The notes beneath the pieces were generated by a model, which ran no database searches, was not told where the DNA came from, and worked only from the letters and a program-made list of their open reading frames with translations. A stretch of 63,564 bases of DNA, the filler included, from Phoronis australis (lineage: Eukaryota; Animalia; Phoronida), in assembly GCA_002633005.1 (NCBI GenBank). It is 6 parts of 6 records of this genome, joined end to end, with 100 filler letters (N's around TTAATTAATTAA, not from the genome) between each part and the next. Parts side by side here need not be neighbours in the genome. Positions count along the whole stretch, not along the records: positions 3,348 to 31,741 come from NMRA01001190.1; 5 more parts are not named here. The stretch is one strand, 5' to 3'. Of the stretch, positions 12,727 through 25,980 are shown in pieces. Both the position numbers and the translations under genes were made by a program. The number at the start of each line of letters is the position of its first letter. Positions within the stretch are counted from its first letter, which is position 1.

Positions 12727-13215
12727 ATGTTCACATTGATTAAAATTACGCTATACTAAAGCAAATTACATATATCAGTAAAACAATGTGAATTTTAACC
12801 AACTTCTTTTCAACTATTGGTGATCTTATTCACCAAATAAAAAATTGATTAACCGTTCACATATTCATCTGATTCTGTGACACAAGTTCTGGTAGAGGAG
12901 GAAATGGGTGATCGTGAGACCAATAACTGTAAAAATTCTTTGCAGTGATTGACTTTATAAATATTATGTATCTACCACTGTTTGCTCTTTATCTTCACAT
13001 CTCGTCATCTGTAACAACTTGTTGATGCAGTTGATGGTACAACTAAAACACGAGAGACATTTTGAAATTCCAAACTGAATTGTGAGTCTCTCAAAGAGTC
13101 AAGCACATAAGTGCTTGTGCATACTGCACTGGCTGTTTTGCAGTTCCAGATCAAAGTTGTTGTATTATCTTTATTAAAGTGTTACACTAAAATAAGCTGT
13201 GTTTTTACCTTACAG

Positions 13216-16200
13216 TCGGGGGAAGTCTTCTTGTAATCAAGTTTGCAGCTGTTCCATTCCATCGAGGATTTTTTTGTGATGACGAGAGTATTAAACATCC
13301 GTTCAAGCACAGCACTATTTCTACTCTATCTATGGCACTCTTTAGTATCATCATCGTCGTTGCAGGAGTGAGTAGCTAGCTTGCAGCTATAATTGCTTAT
13401 GGTTCGAAATAATGAATAACAATCTTGGTGGTGTGTATTTGCCTGTTTGGATTAACACGCAGATTTAAATGGGGGAAATTAATTTGCAAGGCAACATAAA
13501 GGGGAAACTTTTACATAATACTGGATGGGCATTAACTTGTATGGGTGGTAAATGAAAATATGGGGTGTGTATGATACATTGATGGTGAAGATCGTCACAT
13601 GCAGAGTTAAGCAAGGCAAAATGAGAGTTGTCTTGGACACTGCTCACTTTGTTAGCCATCATTATGCACGTTCTTTCCTTAATACTCATGAGAACTAGGA
13701 TTGTGTAGACAGTGGTTGTATTCAAAGTCTATTGGAAAAATAAAGTGTTCATACAGGACTTAATAAGTCCATCCACACGCACCACTATGATGGTGATTTA
13801 AAGTCAGTCAGCAATGTCAAACCAGAATGTGATTATAAAGTGTGTGCCAGTGATTCAACTATGAACGTGACCACAATTTTTTTCTTATAAAATTACGAAT
13901 GCTCAATTGACATATATTACAAATTAAAGAAATGTCATCCAGCCTAGAACAAGGGATTGTGGAGGATGGCACAAAGTGTAACTTTAAAAGTGAAACTTCA
14001 CTTCCAGTCACTTCCACTCATGTCAATCCGTTGAATCAGCTGATAACCGAAGGATGTGACTCAATCCTTTTCCAGATGCTTGTTGTTGAAGGTCTTCAAT
14101 ACTGGCAGGCTCCAGACAAGATGAACGCCGTTTCTGTCGGTCCCTGCAGAGTGCATGGTTATTTATACATTTGTTATTACACCATTGGTTTGTTCTTATG
14201 TGGAATGGGCGTCACACAGCAGTTCACTGATCTGACAAAGAACGCTGTTGGACGTCTGCGACCACACTTCCTGACTCTCTGCAACCCCAACTTTGCCCAG
14301 CTGAACTGCAGCGGATATGTCGAGGGGGACGTGTGTGACCCGACAGCGGATAAGGAGCTTCTTATCGATGCAAGGTAATAGATGAATAATTAACAGAAAA
14401 TTTAAATTCTTTCATCTTTTTAATTGTTGAGGTTGATATTACTCTATCTGATGACCTCGCCTGCATATTCATTCTTCACTTGTTTTTTGACCCCATGTTT
14501 TAACTGAAAGCAGTCTTCTAATCTATGTTGTGATCTGCTGGGTCACAAGTTGGTAGTCTTACTGGAGTTACTGGACAACTGACCACAAGTGACCCACAAA
14601 GAAACTGTTTTGTGAACTTGAGATCATTTCAAAAATGTTGAAAAATCATGGAACTTGAAAGCTCATCAAAAATATCTTTTAAACAATTCCTGGGAAAAGT
14701 ACCCTCTCGCCATGTCTAGTTACTTTGAGAGGGAATTTTCACAAAAAACTTTTGAAATACGCGTGAAGGAAAAACTGTGTAGTCACCACAAAATTTCTAA
14801 TCGTCCTCCAACTTATTAAAAATGTGCACTCACAGTCATTCGAAAAACAGCTGACTTACAAGAATGATATCAGTGGCAGATTGTCATGTGTGATCATACC
14901 CCAAATCTGGGGTCGGCACCGATGTATGAGACAAGCCAGTGATTGAAGCAAGAGATTTCCAAAAGAGACTTCCAAGTGCATTTTAGAATATATTTGAATA
15001 CTATGATACTGTTGTTAGTAACTAATATTTAACATCAATTGCCCCTTTATCCGGCAGCTGCTTTAATTCGCCATTGTTTTGTTTACATCAAATGTCAAAG
15101 GTCACATTTTCCATGTAAGGGAAATGTGCTACATCAGTCTATGCCTTGCCATACCAAATAAGGAGACGTGCTTTGCCTTGTGGGAGAAAAATCAACGAAG
15201 TGACGAGCTAAAGAACAATGCATTGTCATCGACAGAAATTCAAAATGTTTAAGAATAAACTCTGAAATACTTGGTGAGCAGGCTGAATTCTGTTTCAGTG
15301 GCAGGCAACCACTTTTAGTAACGCAATTTAGTCTGTTTTTCATGTTCCAGGTCTCTTTAACATTGAAGAGAGATGTGTGATAACTGTTTTTGTGTTACAT
15401 GGATGTGACCAGTGGCGACTCCATTTGGAGGTGTTACTGTTGGTCAGACACTGAGTGAGACAATCAATGTTATTTTCAGTGTTGTCTCCCCTGTGTTCTG
15501 TCACATAGCCCTTTAATAAGATGCCATAGTAACATGATTAAGTACATCTATTAATGTTTTTTTCATTTCAGAAGGTCCTTCATGTCTGGCCATTCATCAG
15601 TCTCCATGTATGCAGCTGTTTACTTTGTAGTAAGTGTGCCTCCACCAATAGCATGTTACGTCATGACTGACCTCAAGGTCATTATGCGGCCACATATTTA
15701 TATGTGGATGCATTATGCTGTCATCTTTGTCCGTCCGTTCGTCCGCTGCTCTATCTCTAAAAACCTTGACGTATCTTCATGAAATTTTGCACATGTGTTT
15801 CTTCCATGGATGGGACGGCATGAGGGAACATGTGGACGGATCCAACTACCGGTGTGTCCCCTAGTGGCAATTTTAGTTTTTTACGTTTACCCCTGTGTCT
15901 TCGAAAGTCGTGATAAAATTTAGTATATAGGCACCTATTAGGGAGATGACGCTGTCCTCTTGTTTTTGGATGGATTCAACGTAGTTTGTGCCACCTAGTG
16001 GCCATTTTTACTGTTTTTTTTGTGTCCACCCCTCTATCAACCAAAACCACTCAAAGGATGATTGTGAAAATTGCCACTTGTGTTCTGACTATGAAGTGAA
16101 CGGCTGACGATTATTTTTCGATAATTTTGACTACTGTGGCGCCTCCTAGTGGCAGTTTTTTTTTGCGCCTATGGCTGTATCTTCTAAACCATTCAAAGGA

Positions 16201-19200
16201 TCTTTACTAAATTTAATAAGTGTATTTATATGATGTTGACAACGAACAACAATGACTTTTGGACGGACCTGACTACTGGTGTGCCACCTAGTGGCAATTT
16301 CATTTTTTTTGTTTACCTCTGTATGTTTAATGGTCCTCAACCTATTTGCATAAAATTTGGCATAGAGGTATCTGTTAATGAAGTGGCATTATTTCTCCGT
16401 TTTCAGATGGATTCGACGTAGTTTGCGCTACCTAGTGGCCACTGTTACTGTTTTCGAGTATGTTTTTTGGCGTCCAATTGTCTATCAACCAAACCGCTTT
16501 CACGATAATTGTGAAATTTGACATGTATGTTTTTACTATGAAGTGGATGTCTGACGATGATTTTCCGATGAGTTTGACTACTGTGGCACCTCCTAGTGGT
16601 AGTTTTGTTTTTTGCGCTCATTGCTGTATCTCCTAAACCGTTTGCAGGATCTTTACTTAATTTAGCAAGTGTATTTATATAATGTTGACAATGGACGACT
16701 ACGACTTTAGGACAGATATGACTTTTGGTGTGCCCCCTAGTGGCAATTTTATTTTTTTATGTTTATCAGTCTTTATCTTCAAAGGTCCTCAACAGATTTG
16801 CATAAAATATTGAATATAGGCATCTATTGGTGAGATGGCGCTATCATACTGTTTTTGGATGGAATTGGGGTATTTTGCGCCACCTGGGGGCCATTTTTGC
16901 TGTTTTCAAATGTTGTTTTTGGCATCCGCCTCTCGATCAACCAAATCATTGTGGGGATGGTTTTGAAAATTGGCCTATATGTTTTCAGTGTGAAGAGGAC
17001 GTTTGATGATGGCGACCGACTACTGTAGCGCCTCCTAGTGGTAGTTTTGTTTTGTTATTCGCCCCTAACTGTATCTCCAAAATCCACTTGAGGATCTTTA
17101 TTAAATTTAGTGAATTTATGTGAAGATAACAGACGATGACTGTCAGGCGGATCAAACAGACGCTGTGCCCACAAGTGGCAATTTCATTTTGTTCTGTTTA
17201 ACTTCGCTTCTGTGAAGTTCCGATTTTGGATGGATTGTACGTTTTTGCGCCATCTAGTGGCCATTTTTATGATAAAAATAAATAACCCTAAAAGCACACC
17301 ATTTGCGATGTATTCGTGGGCGCATTTCAATGCTCCGCGTTGCTCTTGTTTATATATATTCGTCAGTTCACTCTTTGGTAGAGTTGTTCAATTGTCGTAC
17401 ACCGTCTTTATGCAAATTTATTAATGGTGTGGTGAATGCTTTGTTCGATTCACTCTCAATCCACCCTCTTCATATGTTGATGTAGGCTATCAACTACATT
17501 CATGTTGTATTTACAAGATTCATGTTGTATTTACAACATTCATGTTGTATTTACTACATTCATGTTGTATTTACAACATTCATGTTGTATTTACAACATT
17601 CATGTTGTGTTTGTAACAAGTAAACAAATGAAAATTCTGCTTTCATTGATGTTACCTATGTTGAGGAGTAGGGTGTTATTTTAAACAACTTAATTATATG
17701 TCTATGAAGTCCCAGCTTGTGACTGTTAATTATATGTCTATGAATTATGCTGATTATATATCTATAAGCAATTGCAGGTCTTCATGCGAAACATTTACAT
17801 TGAATGAAATTTGACTGCAATAACATGGTTTTGCTGTCAGTGTATCTTTCTCATTATATATTTTCTTGTGACATAATTAATGTCAGATTGATCAAGTCAC
17901 AAATCAAATTCTATTTTGTAGACATTTGACTTAATTCACAGAAGTGCTATTTTTCCTTTGTTGTCCCTCTGGAATTTAATGTCAACTTTGACATGAAGCT
18001 AGTCAGTTGTTGACAAGTAAAATTAATTAACTTTCTTGTAGATTTATCTCCAAGTTCGTCTGAAAATCAACCGGTATACTTACCTTATAAAGCCCGTAAC
18101 ACAGGCATGGAGTGTTCTTCTGGCTCTCTATGTGGGTCTGTCCAGGATCTCAGACTACAAGCATCATTGGAGTGACGTCTTGACTGGATGTCTCACTGGG
18201 GCAGTTATTGCCATTATTACGGTAAGAGATTTCAATGCCCCGTAGCGCCATCTTTGATCAAAATTGTTTTGGTCATGTTTTTGGATATAATCCTTTGTTT
18301 TGGTTGTTTTAGGTTACTTGTACTCCTATTTCACAAAAAAAAACATTAAAAAGTCGGCGTTAACTAATACGAAAAATCCCGAGCAGGCAGTGTGGCCTGT
18401 GGGATGTCTCGGCTTCCTGTACTCAAAGTCGTGGGTACGAGTCAAACTGGGGCACACTGCTTGACCCATGAATCTAGACCCTTAACTCGGTTTTAACCCC
18501 GTATTAATGAAACATATAAATGTTTCCAGCTGATCAGTGGAATTGTCCCCCCTGAACGGCATGCACGCGTATGGTGCAACATGTACCAGACTCCCTGCAA
18601 TTATATGGAATGTTCCAGACATACTTTTTGAGCATTTTTATCAAAGTTTTAAAACAAATATTTGGCGAATGCTGGTGAAGGAACTTTTCCCTGTCAATGT
18701 ACCTTTCCAAAACATTTTTGCCAAAACGCAAGGTCACATTACTAGTTACTTAGTTGATTCAAGAAGACAACATTTTAATTAGGGGTACAGGTAGCCTTAA
18801 CAGACTGTAACAGTTCCTTATAAGACGTGGAAAGAGAAAGTTTATTGTTTCAGTAAGAACATTCTCTGACATTAAATTTGTTACACTACAGTTTTATTTT
18901 GGCTTGAACTAACATGACAGACTTAGTGCAGGTGAACTAACATGACAGACCTAGTGCAGGTGAACTGACGTGACAGACCTAGTGCAGGTGAAATAACATG
19001 ACAGACCTAGTGCTGGTGAACTGACGTGACAGACCTAGTGCAGGTGAAATAACATGACAGACCTAGTGCAGGTGAAATAACATGACAGACCTAGTGCAGA
19101 TGAACTGACCTGACAGACCTAGTGCAGGTGAAATAACATGACAGACCTAGTGCGGGTGAACTGACGTGACAGACCTAGTGCAGGTGAAAATTCAAGCCTA

Positions 19201-21220
19201 AACCTAATAAATTTGTGAACTGAAGTGCAAGTTTCAATGACCCCATTTCCTTACCAACACAACAGAGAGCCATCTGGCTGGGCTGCCAACATTCAGCAGG
19301 CACATATAGTTTTATGACATATTGAGATGCATAGGTGGCCAAGTAGCCCAAGCAGCTGGACTGAATTGAATGGGCTCTTGTGTTTGCATTAGCAAACTCC
19401 AACCATCTGTGTGAGGATCATCATCCGAAGGTCAATTTTTACTTGTTTAGTGTACTGGGTTCCTCATAATTGGTGTTGTGTGCTTGTGGAAATTAATACA
19501 GATGATGAATGATTGTAATCCACTCTTAACTCAACTTGTCATGTTCAATAAATGGAATCGGTCAGGGTCAGGACTAGATTGATAACATAAGGAGAATACA
19601 TATATATGACTGCCATTTCCTCTCACCATATTTTTCATTTTTGTTTCCTCCATATGCGTATCCTGTCTGTAGCCACCATAGTATTCTTACTCACCTGATG
19701 AAGAGTTGCATACAGATTTGAAAGTGTTGAAATTAATAATAGTAAGAAGAATTATAATAGCAACAAAAGTAATTATAATATTATTTGTATATCTCGTACT
19801 ACAAATAATATTGAAAGTTAGTGTACTTGTCATTTTCAAAAACCGCCTGTGTTTTAAGACTTGTTGCTTCATTTAGGGCTTTCCAAGAGAACTAAGTGGA
19901 AACTATGCAAGGTTAAAAACCGGACGATCGCCGCACAAATGAAGAAGTTCATGATAAATCAACGTTTCGTCTATTTGTTAGACATCACCAGGATATTTAC
20001 ACAGGACAACAAGTGTCAACATACATCTCAGGTGACATCCATGAAGTGAAGTGAGAGATACAGAGTAGTTAGTAGCTGGTCATCACCATAGTTGCAGGGT
20101 CACTGAGCTCTGCATGTTGCTCAGAGAATCAGTAGCATGCTGGTTCTGAATGGCCAGTGACTCTTTAATGTACAGTAGCTAGGATTTTCCAGTTATTGTG
20201 TGCCAATGGTTACCCTCTGAATTTTTTGAATAGCTGTAAAAGGCACTTCCTTTCAAAAATGAATGACGCAGATAAGGTAGCTGCTATTGGACCTGAGAAA
20301 AAGAAAGTTTTCTTTTCTCTTGGTTACACCGGGCCTAGTAGTATAAAATTGAAACTTCAGTTATCTCGTCTTATTCATTGCATAGACCCAGTCGTTGAAC
20401 TGATACTTGTTTTCAGACTTCTTTGGAAACTTTCCAGTATGCTATGTAAACTGAAGTCACCCATCCTTTTATTAAACAAGAGCAATGTTGTTTATAAAGT
20501 TGAATGTGACAACTGTAAGCAATTCTACATCGGACTCACACAGAGACGCCCCCTGTGACAGGCTGAGAGAACATCACACGTCAGAGCAAAGCAACATATA
20601 TAGGCATTGTGTTAGCAACAATCACCAAGCCAATTCAGTTAGTGTTATCTGCAGTGAAACAAATAAGGAATTACTGTACATTAAAGAGTCACTGGCCATT
20701 CAGAATCAGCATGCTACTGATTCTCTGAACAACATGCAGAGCTCAGTGACCCTGCAACTATGGTGATGACCGGCTACTGACTACTCTGTATCTCTCACTT
20801 CACTTCATGGATGTCACCTGAGATGTATGTTGGCACTTGTTGTCCTATGTAAATATCTTGATGATGTCTAAAGAATAGGCGAAACGTTGATTTATCATGA
20901 ACTTCTTCATTTGTGCGGCGATCGTCCGGTTTTTAATCTTACTGTGGCCAAGAAATGATTTAATTAACTATGCAAGGGTATTGAGAAGGATAACTCATCA
21001 AGATATGCAACCTACGAGCTCACCTGTGTACTTAAAGTCCTCCTTTCCTCTCAGTAAGATGTATTCTTACCGTGTATTTTGTTTTCAGGCATGTTGTATA
21101 TCCAACCTCTTCAAACTCCCGTGTCAGCGAACTATATCAGCAGTTGAAATGCAGAAGAAAACTGATGAACCTTCAGTCAGTTATGGATCAACAGAGGTCA
21201 CTGTTGCCAATTGCACTTGA
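13216..21220 (+). CDS. PLPP: Phospholipid phosphatase (PAP2/LPP, PLPP1-3/wunen-like), 5 exons, first coding exon not located
   Basis: AG/GT-bounded, phase-consistent exons: 13216-13367 (PFHRGFFCDDESIKHP), 14076-14374 (C1 motif KNAVGRLRPHF), 15572-15629 (C2 SFMSGHSS), 18042-18221 (C3 SRISDYKHHWSD), 21089-21220 (stop TGA). All three catalytic motifs are intact. Confidence 0.93.
15683..17349 (+). mobile_element. Helentron-like non-autonomous element, family A copy 2 (complete), in PLPP intron
   Basis: 5' hairpin CCACATAT-TT-ATATGTGG, GTCC repeats, 11 internal units, 3' subterminal inverted repeat GTGGGCGCAT, short 3' stem-loop, ends in TT; no TSD. Confidence 0.8.
17491..17610. repeat. 20-bp minisatellite x6
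   Basis: Unit CAACATTCATGTTGTATTTA. Confidence 0.9.
18380..18505 (+). mobile_element. Possible tRNA-derived SINE remnant
   Basis: A-box-like TGGCCTGTGG and B-box-like GGTACGAGTC at tRNA-like spacing; no full cloverleaf. Confidence 0.35.
18905..19188. repeat. 28-bp minisatellite x10
   Basis: Unit TGAA(C/A)T(A/G)AC(A/G)TGACAGACCTAGTGCAGG with two alternating variants. Confidence 0.95.
19913..20965 (+). mobile_element. 5'-truncated Penelope-like retroelement with inverted pseudo-LTR and frameshifted GIY-YIG endonuclease remnant
   Basis: NGYP linker motif and NVVYKVECDNCKQFYIGLTQR...RLREH GIY-YIG region (20196-20766). 19913-20177 is the inverted copy of 20672-20936. A 12-bp direct repeat AACTATGCAAGG flanks it at 19901-19912 and 20966-20977. 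Confidence 0.9.
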
Positions 21221-21449
21221 CATTCCATCTCTTGTGTTTTGATAAGTTAACTGACAAAACAGCATTTACTATAATTGGACGTTTGTTTAATGGTGACAGT
21301 CTTGGTGTTTAATGGTGACAGTCTTGGCATTTTGCCAAACCATCAATATGGAAGCTTAGCAAACTTGTCTTAAGATGAGAAATGATTTCTGAGTTTGCAA
21401 ACAACTGTGATAGTTCGTTACTCTTTGAGACCATGCCTGGCACTTAAAA

Positions 21450-22636
21450 TAGCTCACTTGCGAGTTTCTCGCTAGTCACTGTGACGTCACCGGAAAGGGG
21501 GCAAAACCCGCCATATTGCTCTTGTTTTGCCCCGAGTCTTTGCTACACACGCTAAAACTTACTGGAGTTCTTATGGTGAATTTTACGCTTAAAACGTTAA
21601 AACAACTTAAGATATGGTAGATGGGTCGTGGAATAACTGTGAATAGACGAAGAAAACGTGACCTTGTTATGTTGTGCGAAGCTGTGAACGGACTGAAATT
21701 CATTGGAACTTAACCCGCTCTAGGCCTGAATGGCGTAGGCATACAGGGGCGATAGTGTATACCCATAAAAAGATATTCTCTTCAAAATACAGCAAATAAA
21801 ATCAAATGAAACATGCATATGTGCACATGAAGTTATAATTAACACATACCCTGACTCTGGACACAATTTAGTTTACAAATAACTTGAGCATATTCATGAA
21901 AAGCTCGCGGTTCTCTCCGTCGAGTTTCTCTCACTAAAGAGCCGCCATTTTGAGGAAGTTACGTAAAATCACGCCTGTTGACGAACAAAAAGTCCAAGGG
22001 ACACAAATCTTACAAATTTCACTTGTCTTGATATTTTCTCATGCTATTTTGCAAGTGTCACGCTCCAGGTCACGCGCCAGATCTCGCGCTTCGCTCAGTC
22101 TCGCGCTAGCCTTTGCCTCATACTCATCTGACTCAGTATACTTGATTGTGGTAATCGCGCGCGCGGACAAAGTTAACAGTAACCACAAAGTGGAGTTGGA
22201 ATTCTTCGCCTAAGTCACCTGAATTCCCGTATATTATATGCTTCATCGAAGATATGTTTAGAAGCAGAAAGAGTCACTGAAGAAAGTAAGAGCCTTTTAG
22301 CTGTTAATTTTAGGTGTAGAATGTATTTTCGACTAGGTGAAAACTTTACCAGTGAGCGGATTTCGCCTACCGCCCGTTTAAAATACACGGGACGAAATTA
22401 GTACAGAACGCGATAGAACGTATTGTAGTGCAAATCTGAAGTTCATTTGCCATAACAGCAATGCTTTTGGGCATTTTTCGAACTAAACGGCTAAAAACTC
22501 GAAGACAATAACAGAATACACTCTGCTACCGTATTGGGCAAATGACCAAACGACAAGCTTTTGCCCCACTTCCCGTTACGTCACAGTTTAGTCTCACATA
22601 ATCTCGCGTTATTGTTATAAACTCGCAAAAGGCCTA
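21450..22636. mobile_element. Non-autonomous DNA transposon with TAG...CTA termini (Academ-like)
   Basis: TAG..TTGCGAGTTT..CTGTGACGTCACCGGAAAGGGGGCAAAA is mirrored by TTTTGCCCCACTTCCCGTTACGTCACAG..AAACTCGCAA..CTA. Superfamily inferred from termini only. Confidence 0.6.
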
Positions 22637-24929
22637 TTACTCACCATGACGAGCCAATGTGCACAGCCTGTTCTCAAGCTATGACAAGCTGCCAGTTGTT
22701 TTGAAGCACTGAACCATCTCCAGTTCGACTAAAGAAGAATTTAAGATCAGTTTTGTCGTATAATTTGTCTAAAACAAAAGTTGCTTTTACATACTTCCTA
22801 TTACTGTTTAATTATCTTTGATTGAATTCATATTCAAAATATCTAGGTGGCCATTTTTCGGTCAAAGGTGTATGTATTGCAGGAACTTAATGCCAGCTTT
22901 TTATTTTAAAATAATAGCACTTTTAATACTTCTTGACATAATTATTCTTGATCCAAGCACTGTTATCTGTTATTGAATGCAGGACTGCGTATATCCGCTG
23001 GTACTCAATTTGAGATTGAAGATTTAAAAAGTTGGACAGTGTAAGGTATTGAGAAAGTATAGAAAGTTGCAGACCACTCTCCTATTTGTTTTATTTCATG
23101 CTCAGTGGAGAAGCATTGTGCCTTGTGTCCTTCTTCTAACAAGTTTTACAGATTTACTCTCTAGTATATAATAAGCAAGGACTAGCTCTGTTGTTTCATA
23201 TGCCTGATGGTGTGAATGCGTTTAATGAAATGGATTTTTTAAAACTAGATGTTGACCAATTTTATTGACAATCACTTATTTTTGACTCTGCTCTATTGAC
23301 GTATGTTTGCATTTTGATGTGATTCTGTTTATGTTTTGTTGGTAGTGTGGAGGTAATAATGAAATATCCCCTATTCAGATGTTTCATTCCAGTTCTTAGA
23401 CCTAGCCTTAAAACACACACACTACTGAAAGGGATACTCTACCTCAAAACTTCAGTTTTTCAACCGACAGACAAAAACATTTTACATGTGAACACCCACC
23501 ACCAGGCATGCTTTTTGTTTCCCTTCTCAAATATAGTGGCATTGCTATGAGAAACGAAGAGATATGCACTTGTTTACAGTACATTAATTTTCCTTTTTGA
23601 TAGCCACTGTTGAAGCACTCCTGTCGGGTCCTTTGGAGACCTGTGGAACATTGTTTCATTTTCCACGATGCTTAACATCCGGAACAACCGGAAGCACAAC
23701 ACACCATTGGGCTTGCACAGAAATGGTCTGACGTACATGACTATATGACGTCAGTATCAGATAATGACTGGCATTATTTTCAGAATCTGTTGAACACGGC
23801 GACAGGTGTGGTGCTGGCTCAGTGCCGCGGAAACATACAAGACATCTTGTCATGTACGCATCGTGATCATGAAAACAACAAAAGAAGTTCAAAATACCAA
23901 CAGAGATTCTTTTAATATGATCAAAATGCACTGAGTACCATTCTCTTCATGTAAGCGTTTTTCGTTGCTTCACGCCTAGACAAACTGGTACGGCGCACTG
24001 AGGCTTCACCAACTCGATTCCTTACTTTCGAATTTGAAGTTTGGTATTTACCATGAATTACCTGTCATTCGTAAAAGATTTTTGTGTTCACATAAATAAA
24101 CTTCACGTTGTGTTGTCTTACACTGATGGCTACAGGCTCGTTAGTTGTGCTGTATTATTCAACCGGGGGTCACCTTGTGGAACTGGCGACCACCCTTATT
24201 TCGACAGCGACCACGTGCTTTGCCATGATCGTTTGGCATGGCGAATTTGCGTCTCATATGGTTAGCGGCAAATTATATATCAATTATTGTGGTATCCTGC
24301 TAACGTGTCCTCACACTGTGAAACATTAGAATTTTATCTGCTTATAGGGCATGGAAACTAGTTCACGTTTTACGAATTTAACAGGAATAACACAACAGGC
24401 CCGTAGGAAGGCAAAAATTATGGGGGGGGGGCAAAACATTTCGATTTCGCCAACCCCCCCATCGCCACTACTTCTGCCAGCCGCCCCCCTCGCCACCATA
24501 TTTGTACCGAGTCTCCCACGTCCGCCCTAGGTGTGNCTGCCCCCCCCCCAACTCAAAACCCTGCATCCGCCTCTGGGACAAACCCGGGGATCCAGCCATT
24601 AGTTCAGTTTCTGGTGGCCTGGGGAAAAAGATAGTGTGTCATAAAAATGTACACACTTCCTGAACGCCTGCACTTCAAATTGAGTTCTTGTGGTTATCAC
24701 TGAGCGTCTGCGCGGCCTACTGCATGCTTACATCTTATTTTTAACGTGGATACGTCAGTGATGACGTGCATGCGAATCAGGATAAGCAATCAATTCAGTT
24801 ATGAAGAACAAAAAATTATTACTCAATAATACTGGAAACTAAAAACACCAAGGGAACTGCGAAGACAACCTTTCCAAGAAATGAGTTTAATTTTATTTAT
24901 TTAAGGACTTTTAAAACGTTTTTTCTATC

Positions 24930-25700
24930 TACGGTGTGTGTACGAATTTCATCAATGTCTGAGAGGTATTTTAGATATGCAAATATCGTCTAAGTGTACT
25001 TTACTATTTGGGGATCGAATTATAGAGTTTTTCCGGCCAACTTCAGGCAGCAATTAAATTCACTGAATTATCACCAGTTCTAACAAGATTAGCTTCTAAT
25101 TGTCAAAAATCATCTATGAATCTATCGATATTCGTAGATACATAAACAAGTAAGTCAGAAGCCAACGAATTTGTTTATCAAACAGGAGTGTGCAATTTCC
25201 GCATGCATGCTCGCAGACTTTTGACGAGTAACCGGGGGAATATGGGAGATGGGGTACTGGTATTAAGGTGTATTTTTAGAGGTACCTATAACGGTTGACG
25301 ACGTAAATTTGAACTCCACTGAAAAAAAAAGTTGAAATCTTTGTTTATGATTGCGAGAGTTCTTTGAGTACTCCTTTCGACATGTACACGATCATTTCAA
25401 ATAGTAGCCTAGTAAGCAGTGTTTTCCACACGTGTGAATTCCTTACAAACAACTCATAGTAACCATCTTCAAAAGAGATACTATTCTTATGATACTACGG
25501 GAAACAGTAACATTATTTTATAACTAACCATCGGAAATAGTCCTTTTGTGTAATTCACAAGTAGTGGTGTTCACCGTCGTTCTTCACAATTCCACCCTTT
25601 CGATGGCGGCATTCCTATTGTAATTTTTCAAATTTTTGGTTGTTTGGGCCGAATGGCTGTGCTGTGCAACAAGGTTTTGTGTTTTTTTTTGATGAATTTG
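24930..25700 (+). repeat. Interspersed repeat; homologous to 43490-43758 plus 45304-45680 and partly 43100-43340
   Basis: Shared blocks such as CGCAGACTTTTGACG.GTAACC, TACCTATAACGGTT and CTATTGTA.TTTT.C..ATTTTT.GGTTG.TTGGG.CGAATG. Confidence 0.7.
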
Positions 25701-25755
25701 GAATCTCAACTTCCGTCGTGAATACTTGGCAGTATCGGATTTACATACAGGGGTT

Positions 25756-25980
25756 AGTGCGCTATTCTATATTATGGTAATGGCCATGAATTTAGAATGT
25801 CTATATATGTAGCACGCTATTCTATATTTATGGTCATGACCATGGATATAGAGTGTCTACCTATGTACCGCTATTCTGTATTGATGGTCATGACCATGGA
25901 TTTAGAGAGTCGATATATTTAGTGCACTATTCTATATTATGGTCATGACCACGGATTTAGATTGTCTATATTTATGTAGC
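25756..25980. repeat. ~55-bp minisatellite x4
   Basis: CTATTCTATATTATGGTCATGACCATGGATTTAGA-containing units. Confidence 0.85.
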
